From the NCBI RefSeq assembly GCF_000009045.1, contig NC_000964.3:1440001-1472000 (forward strand): a stretch of DNA of 32,000 nt, written 5' to 3'. Shown one piece after another: positions 25,733-32,000 of this stretch (positions are counted from its first letter, which is position 1; each line of letters starts with the position of its first letter). This DNA comes from Bacillus subtilis subsp. subtilis str. 168. Its GTDB lineage: Bacteria; Bacillota; Bacilli; Bacillales; Bacillaceae. The notes beneath the pieces were generated by a model. It saw only the letters and a list, made by a program, of their open reading frames with translations. It had not been told where the DNA came from and searched no databases. A program made the position numbers and the translations under genes.

Positions 25733-26599
25733 TTGAAAAAAACAATTGGTTTTATCGGTCTTGGAGTAATGGGAAAAAGCATGGCATCACATATTCTCAA
25801 TGACGGCCATCCTGTATTGGTGTACACCCGGACAAAAGAAAAAGCAGAAAGCATACTTCAAAAAGGCGCGATCTGGAAAGATACGGTCAAAGATCTTTCG
25901 AAAGAAGCGGATGTTATCATCACAATGGTCGGCTATCCCAGTGATGTTGAAGAAGTGTATTTCGGAAGCAATGGAATTATTGAAAACGCAAAAGAAGGTG
26001 CATATCTTATTGATATGACGACATCTAAGCCTTCGCTTGCGAAGAAGATTGCTGAAGCGGCCAAAGAAAAAGCATTGTTCGCTTTAGACGCTCCTGTTTC
26101 CGGTGGAGACATCGGTGCACAAAACGGAACACTCGCGATTATGGTCGGTGGAGAAAAAGAAGCTTTTGAAGCCTGCATGCCGATTTTCTCTTTAATGGGA
26201 GAGAATATTCAGTATCAAGGACCGGCTGGAAGCGGACAGCATACCAAGATGTGCAATCAGATTGCAATTGCAGCCGGTATGATCGGTGTTGCTGAAGCGA
26301 TGGCTTATGCCCAAAAATCAGGCCTAGAGCCGGAAAATGTTCTGAAAAGCATCACAACGGGCGCAGCCGGAAGCTGGTCATTGTCAAATCTTGCTCCCCG
26401 TATGCTGCAAGGCAACTTTGAACCGGGATTTTATGTGAAGCATTTTATTAAGGATATGGGAATTGCACTAGAGGAAGCAGAATTAATGGGGGAAGAAATG
26501 CCAGGCTTGTCGCTCGCAAAATCTTTATATGACAAGCTAGCTGCTCAAGGTGAAGAAAACAGCGGAACACAGAGTATATATAAGCTTTGGGTGAAATAA
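25733..26599 (+). CDS. ykwC: NAD(P)-dependent beta-hydroxyacid dehydrogenase (3-hydroxyisobutyrate dehydrogenase family)
   Basis: Uses the track ORF 25727-26599. TTG at 25733 lies 7 nt after GGGAGGA (288 aa). It has the Rossmann motif GFIGLGVMG and a 6PGDH-type NAD-binding fold. Confidence 0.9.
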   Translation: MKKTIGFIGLGVMGKSMASHILNDGHPVLVYTRTKEKAESILQKGAIWKDTVKDLSKEADVIITMVGYPSDVEEVYFGSNGIIENAKEGAYLIDMTTSKPSLAKKIAEAAKEKALFALDAPVSGGDIGAQNGTLAIMVGGEKEAFEACMPIFSLMGENIQYQGPAGSGQHTKMCNQIAIAAGMIGVAEAMAYAQKSGLEPENVLKSITTGAAGSWSLSNLAPRMLQGNFEPGFYVKHFIKDMGIALEEAELMGEEMPGLSLAKSLYDKLAAQGEENSGTQSIYKLWVK

Positions 26600-26637
26600 A
26601 AAAAGATTGCCTGTACGAAACAGGCAATCTTTTTTTA
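26598..26637. terminator. Bidirectional terminator between the convergent genes ykwC and ykwD
   Basis: A-run, 10-bp stem AGATTGCCTG/CAGGCAATCT, loop TACGAAA, then TTTTTTT. Confidence 0.88.
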
Positions 26638-27411
26638 TTATTTTCCGATGAATTGTTGTGTCCAGATGCTTCCAGACTCAACGTAACCAACACCGATGTG
26701 AGTAAAGTTAGGGTTTAGAATGTTTTTTCTGTGTCCTTCACTGTTCATCCAAGCTTTTACTACTTCTTCTGGTGTCTTTTGGCCCTTCGCAATGTTTTCA
26801 CCTGCTGTTTTGTAGCTGATTCCGAAAGATTTCATCATATCAAACGGTGAGCCGTATGTTGGGCTTTGGTGATCAAAGTAGTTTTTGTCTTTCATATCCT
26901 GAGATTTTGCGCGTGCAGATTTGCTTAACGTTTCATCAATTTGAAGCGGTTTTAAGCCTTGTTTTTGTCTTTCTGCATTTGTAAGTTCAACAACTTTTTT
27001 CTCATATGCACTTACAGATGAAGGTGCAGACGTTGTTGTGTTTGTTTTTTCAGCAGTTGCGGGTGCTTTAGAAGCAGTGTTTTGATCAGCAGCTGCTTTT
27101 TCAGTAGTCTTTTGTGCAGGTTTTGCCGTTTCTGTCTTTTGAACATCCTGAACTTTCACGTTAGATTGCTTCGCATGTTTTTGAAGAAGCTGCTTCATCT
27201 CTTTTTCGTTTGCAGCGTTTAACGTTTTGATATTTGTGTTAATATGCAGTTTTTTCACTGCATCGTTAAGTGACATGTTTTGTACTGTGTTCCCCGTTTT
27301 TACTGTAACCACAGGCTGGCAGGAGAGTTCTTTCGCTGATGCTTGCTGTACGCCCCCGAATGTGAATAATCCAACCGCAGCGGCAGCAGATAAAATAAAT
27401 GCTTTCTTCAT
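26638..27411 (-). CDS. ykwD: Secreted CAP/SCP (PR-1-like) domain protein
   Basis: 257-aa ORF with RBS GGAGG. It has a signal peptide ending ASA-KE and a low-complexity T/A/K-rich linker. The C-terminal CAP domain includes WMNSEGHRKNILNPNFTHIGVGY. Confidence 0.9.
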   Translation of the reverse strand: MKKAFILSAAAAVGLFTFGGVQQASAKELSCQPVVTVKTGNTVQNMSLNDAVKKLHINTNIKTLNAANEKEMKQLLQKHAKQSNVKVQDVQKTETAKPAQKTTEKAAADQNTASKAPATAEKTNTTTSAPSSVSAYEKKVVELTNAERQKQGLKPLQIDETLSKSARAKSQDMKDKNYFDHQSPTYGSPFDMMKSFGISYKTAGENIAKGQKTPEEVVKAWMNSEGHRKNILNPNFTHIGVGYVESGSIWTQQFIGK

Positions 27412-27747
27412 TAGTTCGTAACCTCCTAGAGTTGTTTGTTTCTACAGAAAAATCATAACATAGCTTTTTTGTCATAAAGATTCCAGCACTTTCCTTTGAC
27501 AAATAGAGATTGTCATTTTCGTAAAGTAAATCCGTTGAATCACTAAGAATAAGGGAATCAGCGGTATATATGATTTTATCGTACCGTTACATAGCTTCCT
27601 TTTTTTTGAACCGTTAGTTATATTTTAATGTGTTTTTATATTGACAGCTTTTTTTACTCCTTTTCGCTGTAACAACTATTACAAAGGTGTTACAATTAAT
27701 CTCAGTATATGTAAATATATTGAATGATTTGAGAGGGGTAACCAGAA

Positions 27748-29862
27748 GTGACTGAAATAGGACGTGAACCAAAGAAAAAGAGCAAAGGAAACAGAGCAAT
27801 CAGAATGAACCTTTTTTTCCTAGCTGTCTTTGTTCTATTCACTGCATTAATTTTTAAGCTCGGGGTTGTTCAAATTGTTGAAGGCGAACAGCATGAAGAA
27901 GACGCTGAGAAATCAAATGCAAAAACAGCTTACTATCCTGCGCCTCGCGGGAAGATGTACGACAGAAACCAGAAAGTTGCTGTCGACAACCAGAGCGTTC
28001 CAGAAATTGTGTATGTATCAACATCTAGCACAAAAACAGAAGATAAAATCAAAACAGCGAAGCGGCTTGCTTCTTTCATTCATATTGATACCGAATTTTT
28101 GAAGGAAAGGGATCTTCGTGATTACTGGATCGCAGCTCATCCGAAAAAAGCCGCCGCTCTGCTTAAGGAATCAGAAAGCAATCTGAAAGGAGACCAGGCT
28201 TACAAGCTTCAAATAGAGCGTGTTCCGGATCAAGAATTAAAGGCTATTCAGCAAGATGACGAAGAAATGGAAACTGCTGCGATATATACAAGGTTTTCAA
28301 GCGGAAATGCTTACGAACCTCAAATCGTAAAGGCAATGAATCCAAATAAGAGCAATAGCAATGGAAAAAACGGAGCGCTGCTTGATGAGAAGAAAAACTC
28401 CTCGCAAAGACCAAAAAATGACTTAACATATGATGAAATTTCCATTGTTTCTGAGCATTTAGAAGAACTTCCGGGAATCGATATCGTAAACGATTGGACA
28501 CGAAAATATCCTTATGACAAAACCCTTTATTCTGTTTTCGGGGGCGTCACGACACCTGATCAGGGCCTGCTGAGCGACCGGAAAGATTTCTACTTAACAA
28601 GAGGCTATGCGAATAATGACAGGGTGGGAAAAAGTTATTTAGAGTATCAATATGAAGAATATTTAAATTCGCATAAAGAAAAAGTGGAATACGTAGAAGA
28701 TAATAAAGGAAATGTCGTCAGCCAAAAAACCATTGATAAGGGCAGCAGGGGATACGATCTTCAGCTTTCTTTTGACATGGAGCTTCAGGCAAAGGTAGAA
28801 AAGATCATTGAAGAAGAAGTAAGAAACAGCCGTGCACGCGGAAATTACATGCTTGACAGAGCCTTTGCCGTAATGATGGACCCGAATAACGGCGATATTT
28901 TATCAATGGCAGGGAAAAAGATAGATTTAAAAACCAACAAAATTGAAGATTATGCGATAGGGGCATTTACCACCCAATATGAAATGGGATCAGCAGTAAA
29001 GGGGGCCACCGTGCTAGCCGGCTATCAGGACGGGATCCCGCATTATAAATATTATATCGATGCTCCAATGCTTTTAGGAACGAATCTTATAAAAAAATCT
29101 TATACTAATATGGGAACCATCAATGAATTAACCGCATTGCAAAAAAGTTCAAACGTATATATGTTCAATGTTGCCATGCATATTGCAGGCGTAACATACA
29201 AGCCGCATGGATCTCTCCCGGCTGATCAGAACGATCTACTGAAAATGAGAAACTATTACAGCCAGTTTGGTCTGGGAGTAAAGACAGGTATTGATCTCCC
29301 GCAGGAATCAGCCGGAATGCAAACCACACCTAAAACTGTAGGAGGATTAATTTTAGACTTAGCAATTGGCCAATACGATACATACACACCGCTTCAAATG
29401 GCTCAATACATCTCAGTAATCGCCAATGGTGGCTATCGTGTTCAGCCTAGAATCGTCACAAGTATTCATAAGCCAGGAAAAAAAGACCAGCTGGGTAAGG
29501 CGATTGAACATAGGAAACCTAAAGTACTCAATAAGATTAATAATTCAGAGAGCGATTTGAAACAAGTACAAACAGGCATGAAATTAGTCACTTCTTCAGG
29601 GACAGCAAAAAATACGTTTACAGAAGATGTATCAGGGAAAACGGGAACAGCGGAAACATTTTACTACGGCACGAATCGCAACTGGTGGGGGAAAAAAACA
29701 TACAATCTGACTTTTGTCGGCTATTACCCGTCGAAAAAACCAAAAGTGGCCTTTAGTGTTGTTGTTCCATCAGTAGATGATGATGATAAGATCAATAAAA
29801 TTATTGCCAAAAGAGCTATCCACGCCTACGCAGAGCTCGAAAAAAAACACAGTAAAAAATAA
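27748..29862 (+). CDS. pbpH: Class B penicillin-binding protein (elongation transpeptidase)
   Basis: 704-aa ORF with a GTG start after GAGAGGGG. It has an N-terminal TM anchor and the transpeptidase motifs SAVK (SxxK), SSN (SxN) and KTGT. Confidence 0.94.
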   Translation: MTEIGREPKKKSKGNRAIRMNLFFLAVFVLFTALIFKLGVVQIVEGEQHEEDAEKSNAKTAYYPAPRGKMYDRNQKVAVDNQSVPEIVYVSTSSTKTEDKIKTAKRLASFIHIDTEFLKERDLRDYWIAAHPKKAAALLKESESNLKGDQAYKLQIERVPDQELKAIQQDDEEMETAAIYTRFSSGNAYEPQIVKAMNPNKSNSNGKNGALLDEKKNSSQRPKNDLTYDEISIVSEHLEELPGIDIVNDWTRKYPYDKTLYSVFGGVTTPDQGLLSDRKDFYLTRGYANNDRVGKSYLEYQYEEYLNSHKEKVEYVEDNKGNVVSQKTIDKGSRGYDLQLSFDMELQAKVEKIIEEEVRNSRARGNYMLDRAFAVMMDPNNGDILSMAGKKIDLKTNKIEDYAIGAFTTQYEMGSAVKGATVLAGYQDGIPHYKYYIDAPMLLGTNLIKKSYTNMGTINELTALQKSSNVYMFNVAMHIAGVTYKPHGSLPADQNDLLKMRNYYSQFGLGVKTGIDLPQESAGMQTTPKTVGGLILDLAIGQYDTYTPLQMAQYISVIANGGYRVQPRIVTSIHKPGKKDQLGKAIEHRKPKVLNKINNSESDLKQVQTGMKLVTSSGTAKNTFTEDVSGKTGTAETFYYGTNRNWWGKKTYNLTFVGYYPSKKPKVAFSVVVPSVDDDDKINKIIAKRAIHAYAELEKKHSKK

Positions 29863-29866
29863 AAAA

Positions 29867-29906
29867 CAGGGTGCACAACTAAAAGATTGTGTGCCCTTTC
29901 TTTTAT
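29867..29906 (+). terminator. Intrinsic terminator of pbpH
   Basis: Stem GGGTGCACAA/TTGTGTGCCC (two G-U pairs) followed by TTTCTTTTATT. Confidence 0.75.
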
Positions 29907-29933
29907 TCAAAAATTGACGTTCACCATAAGAAT

Positions 29934-29965
29934 AGAAGGAGAATACTCATTTTCTAGCGAATCAT
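29934..29965 (+). promoter_or_regulatory. Sigma-H-type promoter of kinA
   Basis: GAAGGAGAAT (AGGA at 29937) and GCGAATCAT (GAAT at 29959) fit the RNAGGAWWW-N11-12-RNNGAATWW consensus in sequence and spacing. kinA is known to be sigma-H dependent. Confidence 0.6.
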
Positions 29966-29989
29966 ACTAGGTAAAAGTCAATCTGTATA

Positions 29990-29996
29990 TGTCGAA
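29990..29996 (+). promoter_or_regulatory. Perfect Spo0A box TGTCGAA in the kinA leader
   Basis: Exact 7-mer between the predicted sigma-H promoter and the kinA GTG. A single copy, so occupancy is unproven. Confidence 0.4.
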
Positions 29997-30025
29997 ACAC
30001 GATGATCATGCAAAGGAGGGATTCT

Positions 30026-31846
30026 GTGGAACAGGATACGCAGCATGTTAAACCACTTCAAACAAAAACCGATATTCATGCAGTCTTGGCCTCTAATGGA
30101 CGCATCATTTATATATCTGCCAACTCCAAACTGCATTTGGGCTATCTCCAAGGAGAGATGATCGGATCATTCCTCAAAACGTTTCTGCATGAGGAAGACC
30201 AATTTTTGGTTGAAAGCTATTTTTATAATGAACATCATCTGATGCCGTGCACCTTTCGTTTTATTAAAAAAGATCATACGATTGTGTGGGTGGAGGCTGC
30301 GGTAGAAATTGTTACGACAAGAGCTGAGCGGACAGAACGGGAAATCATTTTGAAAATGAAGGTTCTTGAAGAAGAAACAGGCCATCAATCCCTAAACTGC
30401 GAAAAACATGAAATCGAACCTGCAAGCCCGGAATCGACTACATATATAACGGATGATTATGAACGGTTGGTTGAAAATCTCCCGAGTCCGCTATGCATCA
30501 GTGTCAAAGGCAAGATCGTCTATGTAAACAGCGCGATGCTTTCAATGCTGGGAGCCAAAAGCAAGGATGCTATTATTGGTAAATCGTCCTATGAATTTAT
30601 TGAAGAAGAATATCATGATATCGTGAAAAACAGGATTATACGAATGCAAAAAGGAATGGAAGTCGGAATGATTGAACAGACGTGGAAAAGGCTTGATGGC
30701 ACACCTGTTCATTTAGAAGTGAAAGCATCCCCGACCGTCTACAAAAACCAGCAGGCTGAGCTGCTGCTGCTGATCGATATCTCTTCAAGGAAAAAATTCC
30801 AAACCATCCTGCAAAAAAGCCGTGAACGATATCAGCTGCTGATTCAAAATTCCATTGATACCATTGCGGTGATTCACAATGGAAAATGGGTATTTATGAA
30901 TGAATCGGGAATTTCCCTGTTTGAAGCGGCTACATATGAGGATTTAATTGGCAAAAACATATACGATCAGCTGCATCCTTGCGATCACGAGGATGTAAAA
31001 GAGAGAATCCAAAACATTGCCGAGCAAAAAACAGAATCTGAAATTGTCAAGCAATCCTGGTTCACCTTTCAGAACAGGGTCATCTATACGGAGATGGTCT
31101 GCATTCCGACGACCTTTTTTGGTGAAGCGGCCGTCCAGGTCATTCTTCGGGACATCTCAGAGAGAAAACAAACAGAAGAATTGATGCTGAAATCGGAAAA
31201 ATTATCAATCGCAGGGCAGCTCGCGGCGGGAATCGCCCATGAGATCCGCAACCCTCTTACAGCGATCAAAGGATTTTTACAGCTGATGAAACCGACAATG
31301 GAAGGCAACGAACATTACTTTGATATTGTGTTTTCTGAACTCAGCCGTATCGAATTAATACTCAGTGAACTGCTCATGCTGGCGAAACCTCAGCAAAATG
31401 CTGTCAAAGAATATTTGAACTTGAAAAAATTAATTGGTGAGGTTTCAGCCCTGTTAGAAACGCAGGCGAATTTAAATGGCATTTTTATCAGAACAAGTTA
31501 TGAAAAAGACAGCATTTATATAAACGGGGATCAAAACCAATTAAAGCAGGTATTCATTAATTTAATCAAAAATGCAGTTGAATCAATGCCTGATGGGGGA
31601 ACAGTAGACATTATCATAACCGAAGATGAGCATTCTGTTCATGTTACTGTCAAAGACGAAGGGGAAGGTATACCTGAAAAGGTACTAAACCGGATTGGAG
31701 AGCCATTTTTAACAACAAAAGAAAAAGGTACGGGGCTTGGATTAATGGTGACATTTAATATCATTGAAAACCATCAGGGAGTTATACATGTGGACAGCCA
31801 TCCTGAAAAAGGCACAGCGTTTAAAATTTCATTTCCAAAAAAATAA
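30026..31846 (+). CDS. kinA: Sporulation sensor histidine kinase A (three PAS domains plus HisKA/HATPase)
   Basis: Uses the track ORF 30002-31846. GTG at 30026 (606 aa) follows AAAGGAGGG. It has the H-box AHEIRNPLT, the N-box INLIKNAVES, G1 DEGEGI and G2 GTGLGL. Confidence 0.96.
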   Translation: MEQDTQHVKPLQTKTDIHAVLASNGRIIYISANSKLHLGYLQGEMIGSFLKTFLHEEDQFLVESYFYNEHHLMPCTFRFIKKDHTIVWVEAAVEIVTTRAERTEREIILKMKVLEEETGHQSLNCEKHEIEPASPESTTYITDDYERLVENLPSPLCISVKGKIVYVNSAMLSMLGAKSKDAIIGKSSYEFIEEEYHDIVKNRIIRMQKGMEVGMIEQTWKRLDGTPVHLEVKASPTVYKNQQAELLLLIDISSRKKFQTILQKSRERYQLLIQNSIDTIAVIHNGKWVFMNESGISLFEAATYEDLIGKNIYDQLHPCDHEDVKERIQNIAEQKTESEIVKQSWFTFQNRVIYTEMVCIPTTFFGEAAVQVILRDISERKQTEELMLKSEKLSIAGQLAAGIAHEIRNPLTAIKGFLQLMKPTMEGNEHYFDIVFSELSRIELILSELLMLAKPQQNAVKEYLNLKKLIGEVSALLETQANLNGIFIRTSYEKDSIYINGDQNQLKQVFINLIKNAVESMPDGGTVDIIITEDEHSVHVTVKDEGEGIPEKVLNRIGEPFLTTKEKGTGLGLMVTFNIIENHQGVIHVDSHPEKGTAFKISFPKK

Positions 31847-31847
31847 A

Positions 31848-31871
31848 AACAACGGCTTAAACGCCGTTGTT
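31848..31871. terminator. Shared hairpin between the convergent genes kinA and patA
   Basis: Perfect 9-bp stem AACAACGGC/GCCGTTGTT, loop TTAAAC. The minus strand has a strong T-run after it (plus-strand AAAAAATAAAAA). The plus strand has only GTTTAT. The patA stop lies in the loop. Confidence 0.7.
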
Positions 31872-32000
31872 TATCGTCTGCATTGCTTCACGTTTTTTTA
31901 ATACAAATAATTCTAAACGGTCTAGGCCTTCTCTCAGCGTGTCCATTGAGCATGCAAAAGACAGCCTTACATATCCTTCACCATATGTTGAGAACGAGCT
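31857..32000 (-). CDS. patA: Aminotransferase PatA (N-acetyl-LL-diaminopimelate aminotransferase), 3' end only
   Basis: The minus-strand frame is open from the window edge to TAA (complement of 31857-31859). Hand translation gives SSFSTYGEGYVRLSFACSMDTLREGLDRLELFVLKKREAMQTINNGV*. The motif YVRLSFA is typical of the C-terminus of class I aminotransferases. Confidence 0.8.
   Translation of the reverse strand, partial: SSFSTYGEGYVRLSFACSMDTLREGLDRLELFVLKKREAMQTINNGV

Noticed and set aside
27455-27605. Direct repeat ACATAGCTT followed by a T-run, occurring twice in the ykwD-pbpH spacer
   Set aside because: It is only a 9-bp repeat in AT-rich DNA. One copy coincides with a plausible extended -10 (TGTTATGAT on the minus strand) for ykwD. 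That is not enough evidence for a distinct element.
27614-27799. 61-aa minus-strand ORF at the pbpH start
   Set aside because: It is antisense to the pbpH RBS and start region. It has no RBS, and its hydrophobic, AT-driven composition arises from the intergenic spacer.
1-32000. Looked for CRISPR arrays, rRNA or tRNA genes, intact IS elements or transposases, integrases, phage modules and defence-system gene sets
   Set aside because: I saw no regularly spaced direct repeats, no tRNA- or rRNA-like sequence, and no ORF with recombinase, nuclease-helicase or other defence hallmarks. Every long ORF has an ordinary housekeeping, sporulation or accessory assignment.

Overview
This window reads as an ordinary Firmicutes chromosomal segment. 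Gene order and protein sequences match what I remember of the Bacillus subtilis 168 ykv-ykw region, but that identification is from memory, not a search. All coordinates were hand-counted.

Genes, left to right:
- The 3' part of the queuosine operon (queC tail, queD, queE, queF).
- An accessory-looking patch that looks more AT-rich by eye: the HxlR-type regulator ykvN divergent from the SDR oxidoreductase ykvO; the CgeB-like glycosyltransferase-LysM gene ykvP; the LysM mini-protein ykzQ; a frameshifted GH18 gene (ykvQ/ykzR); and about 680 bp with no long ORF.
- Three small genes of unknown function (ykvR, ykvS, ykzS).
- A spore-cortex-flavoured run (ykvT, ykvU, stoA).
- The P-type ATPase zosA with Fur-family operator boxes.
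- ykvY (M24 peptidase) and ykvZ (LacI family).
- The glucose PTS locus glcT-ptsG-ptsH-ptsI with its RAT/terminator switch.
- splA-splB, ykwB (GNAT), mcpC, ykwC, ykwD, pbpH, kinA and the 3' end of patA.

I saw no rRNA, tRNA, CRISPR array or intact mobile element. I do not see a convincing new multi-gene system.

Best leads:
1. A dense array of TGTGAC(C) motifs, including a perfect 15-bp palindrome, in the roughly 250-nt region between queF and its terminator.
2. The decaying accessory patch at about 2.1-7.25 kb.
3. Two different Fur-family boxes plus a terminator-like leader hairpin ahead of zosA.
4. Two small membrane ORFs that abut bidirectional terminators.
5. A perfect Spo0A box in the kinA leader.
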